The notes below the pieces were generated by a model. The model was not told the DNA's origin. It did no database searches and saw only the letters and a program-made list of their open reading frames with translations. The position numbers were made by a program, and so were the translations under genes. 64,000 bases of DNA from an uncultured Gemmatimonadales bacterium (GTDB lineage: Bacteria; Gemmatimonadota; Gemmatimonadetes; Gemmatimonadales; GWC2-71-9). The first letter of the stretch is position 1; every line of letters starts with the position of its first letter. The stretch spans positions 96,001-160,000 of the forward strand of contig CAVOGR010000007.1 of NCBI GenBank assembly GCA_963695555.1. Direction: 5' to 3'. This document shows positions 50,341 through 60,842 of this stretch, in pieces.

Positions 50341-51816
50341 ATGCCCGCCACGGCCGCGGCATCCCCAACTCCCCGCTTCCAGCGACTGGCCCGCTGGGCC
50401 GGGCCGGCCGGGTACGGCGCGACTTTTCTCCTCGCCCCTCAGAGCCTCGGGGCCGACGCCCGACACGTCCTCGGGATCACCGTGTGGATGGTGATCTGGT
50501 GGGTCACCGAGGCGCTGCCGCTCGCCGCCACCTCGCTCCTCCCCCTGGCCCTGTTCCCACTGCTCGGCGTCGCGAGCCCGCAAGACGCCGCCGCACCCTA
50601 CGCCAACCAGCTCATCTTCCTGTTTTTGGCGGGCTTTCTGCTCGCGGCCGCCCTCCAGGCGTGGAACGCGCACACCCGCATGGCTTACGGCATCGTCTCC
50701 CGCATCGGCTTCGGAGGGCGGCGCGTGGTGCTCGGCATCATGCTGGCGACGGCCTTCTTGTCGATGTGGATCTCGAACACGGCCACCGCCGCCATGATGT
50801 ATCCCATCGCCATGGCCGTCGGGGGCCTGCTCGGCCACAGCAAGGAGGCCGACACCACCCGGACCGCGCTCATGTTGGGAGTGGCCTACGCCGCGTCGAT
50901 CGGCGGGATGGCAACGCTCATTGGCACGCCGCCCAACCTGATCTTCTCGGCCTTCGTCGCCCAGGAGACCGGCCGAGCCATTGGCTTCGGCGAGTTCATG
51001 ACCATTGGCCTCCCGACCGCGGCGGTGCTGCTACCGCTCTGTTGGGTGCTCCTGGTCTTCGTGGCCTTCCGACACCATGCGAGTATTCCGCCTGAGGCGG
51101 CCGCCGCCATTCAGCGACGGCGGGCCGCCCTCGGGGTCCTCCGCGGCGGAGAGGCAAAGACTCTCGTGGTCTTTATTGTGACGGCATTGGCCTGGCTCTT
51201 CCGGGCGCCCAAAGACTTCGGCGTCTTTCGCATTCCCGGGCTCAGCGATATCGCGCCCGGCATCGGCGATGCCACCATCGGGATTTCGGGTGCGATCCTG
51301 CTGTTCCTGATCCACACCACGCGGGACGGCAATCGTCGGCCGCTGCTAACGTGGGACGAGGCCCGAGCCATTCCGTGGGGTGTACTCCTGCTGTTCGGCG
51401 GCGGGCTGTCCCTCGCCGCCGCAATGGAATCGACCGGGCTCACCACATGGCTCGGTCAGCACATGGCCATCCTTCGTGCGCTCCCGACTCTGCTCCTGCT
51501 TGGTGGGTTGGCGCTCACCGTACTGGCCCTCGGCGAATTGGCGTCCAACACCGCCCTGGCCGCCATGGCCATGCCGCTGGTCGCATCGCTCGCCGCCGGC
51601 ATCGGGCAACCGCCGCTCCTCTTGTTGCTGGTGACGGCGCTGGCCGCGTCGACCGGGTTTGCCCTTCCCATCGCGACCCCGCCCAACGCCATCGTGTTTG
51701 GATCGGGACAAGTCAGGGTTCGCGACATGGTCCGGGCCGGACTCATGCTCGACGTGGTCGCCATCGTGGTCGTCGTGGTGATGGTGAGCCTGCTGTTTCC
51801 CGTCGTGTTCGGCTAA
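50341..51816 (+). CDS. SLC13/DASS family sodium-coupled anion (di/tricarboxylate) symporter
   Basis: 'LSMWISNTAT', 'ASIGGMATLIGTPPN', 'ELASNTA', 'FALPIATPPNAIV'. Confidence 0.92.
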   Translation: MPATAAASPTPRFQRLARWAGPAGYGATFLLAPQSLGADARHVLGITVWMVIWWVTEALPLAATSLLPLALFPLLGVASPQDAAAPYANQLIFLFLAGFLLAAALQAWNAHTRMAYGIVSRIGFGGRRVVLGIMLATAFLSMWISNTATAAMMYPIAMAVGGLLGHSKEADTTRTALMLGVAYAASIGGMATLIGTPPNLIFSAFVAQETGRAIGFGEFMTIGLPTAAVLLPLCWVLLVFVAFRHHASIPPEAAAAIQRRRAALGVLRGGEAKTLVVFIVTALAWLFRAPKDFGVFRIPGLSDIAPGIGDATIGISGAILLFLIHTTRDGNRRPLLTWDEARAIPWGVLLLFGGGLSLAAAMESTGLTTWLGQHMAILRALPTLLLLGGLALTVLALGELASNTALAAMAMPLVASLAAGIGQPPLLLLLVTALAASTGFALPIATPPNAIVFGSGQVRVRDMVRAGLMLDVVAIVVVVVMVSLLFPVVFG

Positions 51817-51828
51817 CGCCCCTCGCCC

Positions 51829-53368
51829 TCAGCGTCCAGGGGTTAACCGCCGCTCGGCAGCGGCCAAGGTGCCGTCGACAATGAGCGCGAGAAACGCGGC
51901 CGGCAGGGCGCCGGAGAGGATCATGGGCGTGTTCGGAGAGCGCCAAGCCCGCCACGATGGGATCGCCCAACCCACCGGCACCGATGAAGGCGGCGAGCGT
52001 TGCCGTCCCAACGTTGATTACCGCAGCCGTCCGGATTCCCGCCATGACAACGGGGGCCGCGAGCGGCAGCCGCACGTAGAGCAACACCTGACGCGGGGTC
52101 ATGCCGAGCGCGGTGCCGGCTGCCACCGCTGAAGGGTCGGCCTCGCGCACACCCGTGAACGTATTCCGCAGAATCGGGTAGATCGAATACAGGAACAGTG
52201 CGACCAGCGCCGGCCAAACCCCGATACCGAGGAGCGGAATCATGAACGCGAGGAGGGCAATGCTCGGAACCGTCTGGAGAAGTCCGGCGCCTCGAATCAC
52301 CGATTCAGCGCTCTGGCGCTTGCGCTCGAGCAGAAGCCCAAGCGGAACCGCGAGTGCGATGGCCGCGAGGAGGGACACGCCGACCAGGAATACGTGACGG
52401 ACGGTCAGCGAGGCAATGGTGCCACGGCGATCCCAGAGATAGCGGGCGAGTCCGGGTCGTGGAGCCTGGGGGCGTGATGCCTCGGCAATGTCTCCTTCGA
52501 CCAATCCCACGCTCCTGAGCGCATCTCGTGCCACGAGGGCAATCGGCTCTCGATCGACTTCGACTCGCCGATTGAATTCGCGCATGCGGTCTTCGGAAAG
52601 CAGCCCGCTGAGCCCCGTGAGCGCAATGATCGCGTCTGGGTTGGCGTCCGCAAAGGCTCCATTCACGAGGGCCGCGGCCTCATACGGAGGAAAGAACCCA
52701 CGATCGTCCTCCAGCACTCGGAGGTCGTACCGGGCAATCAACCCATCGGTCGAGTATCCGTCGATGACGTCCACCTCGCCGGCGGCCAGGGCCTGATATT
52801 TGATGGCGGGCAACAGCGATCGAACTTCCGCCGGCTTGAAACCGTACGCGTCGATCAGCCCGGGAAGGCCGTCGGGCCGGCCGATGAAGTCAGGGGTGAA
52901 TCCCGCGACGAAATCACTGCCTTCGCGCGCCAGATCGCTCAGCGTTCGAAGACCCCGTGACACGGCGACATCCGTTCGCACTGCGATCGCGTAGGTGTTC
53001 TCGAATCCCAGAGGCGGCAGCCACCGGACATCGTAGCGTCGGCGGAACTCGCGCGAGACATGCGCGAACACTGATCGCGCATCCATGACCGGCTGTTCGC
53101 CCAGGATGGCCAGGAGCCCCGTGCCGGTGTATTCCGGATACACGTCGACTGCGCCCGTGCGCAGGGCTTGGAATGCTATCTCTGTGGCCCCGAGACCAAG
53201 CCGGCGCTCGACCGTGAAGCCCCCAGCTTCGAGAACTTGGGCAAACATTTCGGCCAAGAGATAGGACTCACCAAACGGCTTGGAAGCGACGACGACATGG
53301 CGGGTGGCCGGCGGGGCCGGCGACTGGGCCAGAAGGAGCAGCAGGAAACCAACACCGAGCACCTTCAC
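51829..53368 (-). CDS. Osmoprotectant-type ABC transporter, fused substrate-binding + permease (frameshift near 51935)
   Basis: SBP 'ASKPFGESYLLAE', 'YPEYTGT', 'GFENTYA', 'FFPPYEA'; permease 'QTVPSIALL', 'GMTP.Q....V.LPLAAPVVMAGIR', 'GAGGLG'; C-terminus in ORF 51829-52011. Confidence 0.88.
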
Positions 53369-54111
53369 GGGTCAACGATCCTTGCCCGGTGCAGCAAGGC
53401 GCGGACGTACTCGGTGGCGGGAGCGCGACGGAGCTCGTTCGACGAGGCCGATTGCTCCACCCGTCCTTCCCGGAGCACGGTGACGCGATCCGCCAGGGCC
53501 AGCGCTTCGTGCAGATCGTGGGTGACCAGCATGCAGGTGAGCCTCAAATCGCGCCGCATGGTGTCGAATGACTCCTGCAAGTCGGCCCGGGTAATGGCAT
53601 CCAGGGCCCCAAACGGCTCGTCCATCAGAATCACGTCGGGCCCTGCCGCGAGCGCGCGGGCAACCGCCACCCGCTGCCGTTGCCCCCCCGATAGCTCGCG
53701 CGGCCAGCGCTTGCCGAAAGTCGTTGGATCGAGTCCCACCAGCTCCAGAGCCCGGTTGGCCCGGTCGGTTCGATCGTCACGTCCCTCGAGCCAGGGTACC
53801 AGCTCGACGTTCCGGCCCACCTGCCAATGCGGGAGGAGGCCGCCCTCTTGGGGTACGTAGCCGATGCGGCGGCGGAGAGCGACCGGGTCGAGGCCTGTGA
53901 CGTCCGCGCCTTCGAACGTGACCGTTCCACTGTCGGGTGATGTCAACCGGTTGAAGCAGCGGAGCAAGGTGGTCTTGCCCGATCCGCTCTCGCCGATCAG
54001 CGCATGACACTCGCCTCTCGCCACCTCGACCGACACACGATCGAGCGCGACGAGACTGTCGTAGTTCTTGGAAACCTCGGACGTAGCGAGAACGGTGCCG
54101 GGTACCGTCAT
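53365..54111 (-). CDS. ABC transporter ATP-binding subunit (OpuA/ProV-like)
   Basis: 'GESGSGKTT', 'LRRRIGYV.Q', 'LSGGQRQR', 'LMDEPFGALD'. Confidence 0.93.
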   Translation of the reverse strand: MTVPGTVLATSEVSKNYDSLVALDRVSVEVARGECHALIGESGSGKTTLLRCFNRLTSPDSGTVTFEGADVTGLDPVALRRRIGYVPQEGGLLPHWQVGRNVELVPWLEGRDDRTDRANRALELVGLDPTTFGKRWPRELSGGQRQRVAVARALAAGPDVILMDEPFGALDAITRADLQESFDTMRRDLRLTCMLVTHDLHEALALADRVTVLREGRVEQSASSNELRRAPATEYVRALLHRARIVDP

Positions 54112-54140
54112 GGAGGACCGTGGGGCTGTCTCTTCCCTGA

Positions 54141-55403
54141 TCAGCCTGCGGGTGAGGTCGCTACCAGCTCGTCGAGGGCTTCGTCAGCCGGGGCACGTCC
54201 CTGCCTCGTGTAGCGCTCGAAGAATGCCCGGGTAACCTCGACGTCCCGCCCGGCGATGAACTCCTGCCCAAAGCGGCCGCATCCTTCCAAGGCAATTGCG
54301 AACAGGTCCGAGGCCACGTCGGCGATGTCCGGATCTGCCAAGCCATCGATTCCGGCGCGGAGGAGGAGCTCAGGATCGGGGGGGCCGATGAGATCGGCCG
54401 CTGCATGCAGGCTCGCATGATCGTACACTATACCGGCGAGGAAGCAGATCGGCACGGCGTACCACTTGGGCGGAAGCGCGTCGACCGAGCGGTATTCGAG
54501 ATACCCCCTCGGTCGGACTTCGGGAAACAGGGTGGTGAGATGCGCGTGCCAATCGTCGAGGCTGGCCCCGCCCTGGGCCCACCACCAGCCAAACGGACGG
54601 TAGGCGTCACGCTCGAGCGGCAGCAACATGGCCGGCGCGTTCAGGGCAAATTGGAGATACTCTTCGACCGCGTCGCCCGATTGCGCCAGGAGTCCGGTCC
54701 GGCTGGAATCCGTGGTGCGCCACGTCTCCGCCCGGTAGCTCTGGCATCCGGTGGGAACGCCCCGATAGATCGGAGAATTGGCGAAAATGGCGGTGACGTA
54801 CGGGGCCGACGCGTTCAGGACCGCCCACCGCAGCATCGGTTCCTCCAAGAAATCGAGGTTCACCTGGATGGCGGCGGTTTGACGCATCATGCGCACACCG
54901 GTCCCACCACGCGCCTCGAAATAGGCCGTCATCTTCCGATATCGAGGGGCGGACAGCTGGAGCGGCACCTGGGCGAGGTCGTTCAGGGGGTCGATGCCCG
55001 TCGGGAGCATGGTAATGCCGGCATCTGATGCCGCCCGCACCAGCGGCTGCATGGCATTCTCCATGTGCGGCATGAGCTCCGTGATCGAGCGGCACCGGGG
55101 AGAACTGTACTCCAGCTGACCGCCAGGTTCCGGTGTCAACGTCCCTCCATCGGGAAGGCGAAACATCCACACACCGCTGGGATGCCGCGCCTCGACCCAA
55201 TCCCGGGAAGCACCATAGTGGCGCAGGAACGCGAGGCTCGAGCGACCCGACTCGGACTCGAACCGGCATACGGTACCTGAGTCGGTGTCGACGGGGATGA
55301 CCTCGACCTCGGCTCCAATGCCCCGGAGAGGCCTTTGCCGCTTGGGATGGAAGGCGTGCCGAGTCAGGTCGGCGGCGAGAGGATCAGTGGCTCGGGTGGT
55401 CAT
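54141..55403 (-). CDS. egtA: Glutamate-cysteine ligase, EgtA/GshA-like
   Basis: 'IGAEVE', 'TPEPGGQLEYSS', 'PRYRKM', 'MMRQTAAIQVNLD', 'HLTTLFPEVRPRGYLEYR'; ATGA-coupled to egtD. Confidence 0.85.
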   Translation of the reverse strand: MTTRATDPLAADLTRHAFHPKRQRPLRGIGAEVEVIPVDTDSGTVCRFESESGRSSLAFLRHYGASRDWVEARHPSGVWMFRLPDGGTLTPEPGGQLEYSSPRCRSITELMPHMENAMQPLVRAASDAGITMLPTGIDPLNDLAQVPLQLSAPRYRKMTAYFEARGGTGVRMMRQTAAIQVNLDFLEEPMLRWAVLNASAPYVTAIFANSPIYRGVPTGCQSYRAETWRTTDSSRTGLLAQSGDAVEEYLQFALNAPAMLLPLERDAYRPFGWWWAQGGASLDDWHAHLTTLFPEVRPRGYLEYRSVDALPPKWYAVPICFLAGIVYDHASLHAAADLIGPPDPELLLRAGIDGLADPDIADVASDLFAIALEGCGRFGQEFIAGRDVEVTRAFFERYTRQGRAPADEALDELVATSPAG

Positions 55404-56368
55404 GACGCGCCTTCGGCAAGCGCGAGGGCGAACCATTCCTTGGCGTCGGTCTTCCACTTGGTCAGCCGCAGGCCGGCGGCCTCGAGGAGGGCTGCAATGC
55501 TCTCCCGGTCGTACTTGCAGCTGATCTCGGTCCGGAGCTGCTCATTCTGCTTGAATCGGACCGCCCCGATGCCGGGAATCGTGACGCGCTGCTCCTGCAG
55601 AGAGTCCAGATACATCTCGATCCGGTGCGCATTCGCGTTGTAAACGGCACGGTGCCGGAACTGCTCGAGATCGAAATCGGCACCGAGCATGCGGTTGAGC
55701 ACGCGCAGCACATTGCGATTGAACTCGGCAGTCACTCCCTCCACATCATTGTACGCGGCCTCCAATACGCCCGAATCCTTGCGCAGATCGATGCCGAGCA
55801 GGAAGTAGTCGCCGCGATTCATGGCGGCGTGAATGCGCCGGAGCAGTCCTGCGGCCTTCTTCGGGCGGAAATTGCCGATCGTGCTTCCGAGGAAGGCAAA
55901 CAGGTGGGGCGAAGGAAGCGCGGTCGGGAGCACCAGCGGATCGGCCAGGTCCGCCACGGTTGGGAGCACCTTGAGTCCCGAGTACTCCAGCCGGAGGCGG
56001 TCGGCGGAGGCCTCGAGAAACTCGGCGCTCACGTCGATCGGTACGTAGACCACCGGCGAGTGGTCGGCCAGCATCGCATCGAGGATCACGCGTGCCTTCT
56101 CGCCGCTGCCCGCTCCTAACTCCACCAACGTGCGGACGCCAAGGTGGGGAATGAGCTCGGGCATCCAGGCATCGAGGATTTCACGTTCGGTCCGGGTGGG
56201 GTAGTACTCGGGTAGCTCGGTGATTCGTTCGAAGAGCTCGGACCCGCGATGATCGTAGAAGTACTTGGGCGGAATTTCTTTTGGCGACCGGGCGAGACCT
56301 GCCCGGATCTCCTCCGCCATGGAGGAGCCGATCGGAGCCCGTCGGGAGATGTTGGAACGGCTAGACAT
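55400..56368 (-). CDS. egtD: L-histidine N-alpha-methyltransferase
   Basis: 'KEIPPKYFYDHRGSELFERITELPEYYPTRTE', 'VELGAGS..K', 'FLGSTIGN', 'AAYNDVEGVTAEFNRN', 'TEISCKY'. Alternative start at 56320. Confidence 0.95.
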   Translation of the reverse strand: MSSRSNISRRAPIGSSMAEEIRAGLARSPKEIPPKYFYDHRGSELFERITELPEYYPTRTEREILDAWMPELIPHLGVRTLVELGAGSGEKARVILDAMLADHSPVVYVPIDVSAEFLEASADRLRLEYSGLKVLPTVADLADPLVLPTALPSPHLFAFLGSTIGNFRPKKAAGLLRRIHAAMNRGDYFLLGIDLRKDSGVLEAAYNDVEGVTAEFNRNVLRVLNRMLGADFDLEQFRHRAVYNANAHRIEMYLDSLQEQRVTIPGIGAVRFKQNEQLRTEISCKYDRESIAALLEAAGLRLTKWKTDAKEWFALALAEGAS

Positions 56369-57668
56369 CGGCCGCACAGCGGAAGCCACTGAAGATCTGC
56401 CGCCGGATGGGGTAGTCCCAGTTCCGGAAGGTGCTCCGGATGGCGCCGGCGCGCGTGGCCCAGGAGCCGCCGCGCAGCACCTTGTACGCCGACCCGAAGA
56501 ACACCTCGGAATACTCCGGATAGGGATACGGCTGAAAGCCTGGATAGCCGGAGAAGTCGCTGCTGGTCCATTCCCACACGTCACCGATCATGCCATAGCA
56601 CCCCAGCAGTGAGACATTCCGAGCGAACGAGCCGATCACGGCGGTATCGAAGGCGGATTGATCGACGTTGGCCAGGTCGGGAGTTGGGGGCGCCTCGCCC
56701 CAGGGAAACGCCGCAGCTCGTCCCGTTGCCGGATCCCACGTGGCGGCAACCTCCCACTCGGCTTCGGTCGGCAACCGCTTGCCTGCAAACCGCGCATAGG
56801 CCTCTGCCTCATGGTAACACACATGGCACACCGGTTTGTTCCCCTCGATCGGCCCGGTGACGTCCATGACCCGCGTATGCCACGCTCCATCCCGCTGGAA
56901 CCAGTACTTCGGGGCGTTGACATCGGATTCCGTCCGCCAACGCCAGCCCTCGGGAGACCACAACTCCGGGCTGTCGTAGCCGCCCGCCGCCATGAACTCC
57001 AGGTACTCGCCGTTCGTCACCGGCGCGCAATCGATGCGAAACGGCCGGAGGTGCTCGTGGTGCCGGGGACCCTCGTTATCGTAAGCGGCGCGCCGGTCGT
57101 CGGTCCCGATTGAGACTTCACCGCCATCGAAGCGTGCCATACCGCTCGGTTCCAACTCTGGAGCGGGAAGACCACGCCGTGCCACTGGGTGATACGGCTC
57201 ACCCTGCTTCAGCTGGAGCACCTGCAGGATGGTCTCATTGTGCTGGTACTCGTGCTGTAGCACCATGTGATACACATATCCGTTGCGCAGCAACGGGTGA
57301 GCCGAGCCAAGATCCGCCCGGGCAAGACGGTCCAGCACCCGATGGCGGATGTCGGCCATGCTCCGGATGATCTCCGCGAGATCGGGAAGGTTCAACGACG
57401 CGCGCTCGCTCCGCGGGTGTTCCATGGGGTTGAACAGCCCAGGCATCTCCACGAACTTGATTTCATCGTCCACATTCCGGGTCAGCCACAGCTCCTCGAA
57501 GTGCGCGATGTGGCCGAGGTCCCAGAGGATCGGGCTCATGAGCGGGTCGTGCTGAATGCTGAGATCCTCGCGTGTGAGCGGGCGCAGCAGCTCGAGCGTG
57601 CGGGCCCGCGCTCATCCAGCCGTTCGGCGATGTGGTCGTTGAGTGAGGACGTCGTGCTCGAGGGACAT
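56361..57668 (-). CDS. egtB: Ergothioneine sulfoxide synthase (N-terminal frameshifts near 57600-57660; start approximate)
   Basis: 'QHDPLMSPILWDLGHIAHFEELW', 'HEYQHNET' iron ligands, FGE-like domain 'RLPTEAEWE', 'GDVWEW', 'YSEVFF', 'RNWDYPIRRQIFSGFRCA'. Confidence 0.93.
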
Positions 57669-57891
57669 CGGGGATGGGACTCCGCGCTGAACCGGAAGTC
57701 TAGGGAATCTGGCCGGCTGCGTCGGATGTGCAAGGCCGGTGCATGGTGTCAGGGGCACGTCCATGGCACCGCGAGCCTCGACCGCGGCGGCACCCACCGA
57801 GAACGTATCCAGAATCGGTGCCGGCGATTATGATGATGGGAGTCCTCGCGAACCACCGCTCAGCCGGAGTCCAGACCACCAGGAGTCCAGC

Positions 57892-59523
57892 ATGATACGC
57901 CGAGATTTTCTCCATCGAGGCACCGTTGCTGCCGGCATCCTCGGCATCCATCCATGGGGCAGACGGTTTGGCGACTGGGTTGGAGCACTCACCCCGATTC
58001 CGACCGCCGACAAGAAGCGCCTCGCCGACGTGGCCCTCGAGGCCGCCCGCTCGGCCGGGGCGAGCTATACGGACGTGCGCATCGGCCGATACCTGAACGA
58101 GTCGCTGAGCGCCAGGGAAACCAACATTCAGAGCATAACCACCAGCGAGTCCTATGGCGCCGGCATTCGCGTCATTGCGGACGGTACCTGGGGGTTTGCC
58201 GCTACCAATGATGTGACGGAAGACGGAATGGCCGCGGCCGCGCGTCAGGCGGCCGCGATGGCCAAGGCCAATGCGCCACTTCAATCCGAACCGGTCAGGT
58301 TGGCCGCCCAACATGGCTTCGGCGAGGTATCGTGGCGCACGCCCATCGAGACCAATGCCTTCGAGGTGCCGATCGGGGAGAAGGTCGACCTCCTGCTCGA
58401 GACCAACAATGCGGCGCTGTCCGCCGGAGCGAGCTATATCAGCTCGGCGCTCTATTTCGTCAATGAGCAGAAATACTTCGCCTCGAGCGACGGATCGTAC
58501 ATCGACCAGGACGTCCACCGTCTTCGACCTGGCTTCACGGTCACGGTGGTGGATCCCGAGTCTGGTCGCTTCGAGACCCGTGAATTCCTTAGCTCACCCA
58601 TGGGGATGGGCTACGAGTACCTCTCCGGAAGAGCGAGCGGCAAGATCGCGGGGCCAGCTACCACGGTCTACGGTCAGTATTACGACATGATCGAGGACGC
58701 CAGGAACGCGGCAGTCGAGGCCCGCGCGAAACACGACGCGACCTCCGTCGCGGCCGGGACATACGACCTCGTGCTCGACCCCAGTCATCTCTGGCTCACC
58801 ATCCACGAATCGGTGGGCCACCCGTTGGAACTCGATCGCGTGCTCGGCTATGAGGCGAATTACGCCGGGACCAGCTTCGCCAGTCTCGACAAGTGGCGGA
58901 GCAAGAGTTTCCAGTACGGCAGCCCGATCGTGAATTTTGTCGCCGACAAGACCCAGGCGACGTCGCTTGCCGCGGTGGGATACGACGACGAGGGCGTCCA
59001 GACCAAGCAGTGGGATCTGGTCCGGAATGGTATCCTGGTCAATTACCAAGCGACCCGTGATCAGGTGCACGTCCTCGGTGAGGCCGAAGGACAGGGATGC
59101 TCGTTTGCCGACCATTGGAGCACGATCCAGTTCCAGCGCATGCCCAACGTCTCGCTCGAGCCCGGCACGGCCCCGCTGACCGTCGCGGAGATGATCGCCG
59201 GCGTGGAGAAGGGCATCTATATCCTTGGGGACGGCTCGTACTCCATCGACCAGCAACGCTACAACTTCCAGTTTGGCGGCCAGCTGTTCTACGAAATCCG
59301 GAACGGTCGCATTGCCGGTATGCTGAAAGACGTGGCCTACCAAGCGAACACCCAGACGTTCTGGAACTCCTGCAGCCGAATCTGCGATCAGCGCGATTAT
59401 CGCCTGGGCGGGTCGTTCTTCGACGGGAAGGGCCAGCCCGGCCAGGTCAGCGCCGTCTCCCACGGGACGTCGACCGCGCGGTTCGATGCCGTCCATGTGC
59501 TGAATACGGCCCGAAAGGTCTGA
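57892..59523 (+). CDS. tldD: TldD-family metalloprotease with Tat signal
   Basis: AGGAG RBS; 'MIRRDFL' twin-arginine; 'TIHESVGHPLELDR', 'YDDEGV', 'RMPNV', 'SIDQQRYNFQF'. Confidence 0.92.
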   Translation: MIRRDFLHRGTVAAGILGIHPWGRRFGDWVGALTPIPTADKKRLADVALEAARSAGASYTDVRIGRYLNESLSARETNIQSITTSESYGAGIRVIADGTWGFAATNDVTEDGMAAAARQAAAMAKANAPLQSEPVRLAAQHGFGEVSWRTPIETNAFEVPIGEKVDLLLETNNAALSAGASYISSALYFVNEQKYFASSDGSYIDQDVHRLRPGFTVTVVDPESGRFETREFLSSPMGMGYEYLSGRASGKIAGPATTVYGQYYDMIEDARNAAVEARAKHDATSVAAGTYDLVLDPSHLWLTIHESVGHPLELDRVLGYEANYAGTSFASLDKWRSKSFQYGSPIVNFVADKTQATSLAAVGYDDEGVQTKQWDLVRNGILVNYQATRDQVHVLGEAEGQGCSFADHWSTIQFQRMPNVSLEPGTAPLTVAEMIAGVEKGIYILGDGSYSIDQQRYNFQFGGQLFYEIRNGRIAGMLKDVAYQANTQTFWNSCSRICDQRDYRLGGSFFDGKGQPGQVSAVSHGTSTARFDAVHVLNTARKV

Positions 59524-59525
59524 CC

Positions 59526-60842
59526 ATGACACTCATTTCCGAACGCGACGCGCGGCGTCTGCTCGAACGGGTCCTGGCGTTCTCGCGCGCCGACTCCTCG
59601 GAAGCTCGGGTCACGGGACGCCGTGGCGGTAACATCCGATATGCCAGAAACACGGTGACGACCAGCGGGAGCAGCGACAACGCCACTCTGAACGTGACCT
59701 CCACCTTCGGCAGGCGAAGCGGCACCGCGTCCATCAACGAGTTCGACACCGACAGCCTCGAGCGCGCCGTGCGGCGGTCCGAAGAATTGGCGCGGCTCGC
59801 GCCCGAGAACCCCGAGTTCATGCCGTTCCTGGGCCCCCAATCGTACGTCGACACCTCGCCCTGGGCCGATGCCACGGCGGCCATCACCCCCGAAGTCCGG
59901 GCCCGGGCCGCCGGGGCCGGCATCGCGGGTGCCAAGACCAGTGGGCTCGCCGCCGCGGGCTTCTGGGAGGATGAAGCGTCGACCCGCGCCCTCATGAATA
60001 CCGCAGGCCTGTTCGCCTACTCCCGGGACACAAACGTCGATTTCTCGGTCACGGCCCGCACGCCCGACGGCACCGGATCCGGCTGGGTGAGCCAGAGCTA
60101 CAATGACGTGTCCAAGCTCAACGCCGGGCAGGCCTCCGAGATCGCACACCAGAAGGCGATCGCCTCAAAGAACCCCACGACACTCGAGCCAGGGCGGTAC
60201 ACCGCGATTCTCGAGCCTGCCGCCGCGGCGCCACTGGTCGGCAACCTGCTCTACAACATGGACGCGCGGCAAGCGGACGAAGGCCGGAGCTTCTTGTCGA
60301 TGCCGGGCGGTGGGACCAAACTCGGCGAACGGGTCTTGGGGACGGACGTCACCATCGCGTCCGATCCGACCCACCCCGACGTGCCCACTACGGCATGGGC
60401 ATCCGACGGCCGGCCCCTCCGGCCCATCACCTGGATCAATCGCGGCGTGGTCGAGTCGCTGTTCTATTCCCGGTTCTGGGCCGACAAGCAAGGCGTCAGC
60501 GCCACGCCCCGACCGTCCAACATCATCCTGTCCGGCGGGACGGACTCGCTGGAGGACCTCATCGCCACCACCGAACGGGGCGTGCTGGTCACGCGGACAT
60601 GGTACATTCGGACGGTCGATTCGCAGACGCTTCTGTACACCGGGCTCACGCGAGACGGCACGTTCTGGATCGAAGGCGGAGTGGTGCGCCACGCCATCAG
60701 AAACTTCCGGTTCAACGAGAGCCCCATCGCCATGCTCAACAACGTCGAAGCCCTCGGTCGACCCGTCCGGACCGGCCGGCACATGATTCCGCCCATGCGT
60801 GTAAGCAATTTCACCTTTTCGAGCCTTTCCGATGCCATCTGA
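59526..60842 (+). CDS. PmbA/TldE-family protein
   Basis: 'NIRYARNTVTTSG', 'LEPGRYTAILEP', 'GVLVTRTWYIR', 'TGLTRDGTF', 'NFRFNESP'; no HExxxH. Confidence 0.9.
   Translation: MTLISERDARRLLERVLAFSRADSSEARVTGRRGGNIRYARNTVTTSGSSDNATLNVTSTFGRRSGTASINEFDTDSLERAVRRSEELARLAPENPEFMPFLGPQSYVDTSPWADATAAITPEVRARAAGAGIAGAKTSGLAAAGFWEDEASTRALMNTAGLFAYSRDTNVDFSVTARTPDGTGSGWVSQSYNDVSKLNAGQASEIAHQKAIASKNPTTLEPGRYTAILEPAAAAPLVGNLLYNMDARQADEGRSFLSMPGGGTKLGERVLGTDVTIASDPTHPDVPTTAWASDGRPLRPITWINRGVVESLFYSRFWADKQGVSATPRPSNIILSGGTDSLEDLIATTERGVLVTRTWYIRTVDSQTLLYTGLTRDGTFWIEGGVVRHAIRNFRFNESPIAMLNNVEALGRPVRTGRHMIPPMRVSNFTFSSLSDAI

Noticed and set aside
56361..57668. Selenoneine (senA) or ovothiol (ovoA) cluster
   Set aside because: No senB/senC nearby and no C-terminal methyltransferase domain; motifs and the egtA/egtD context fit EgtB.
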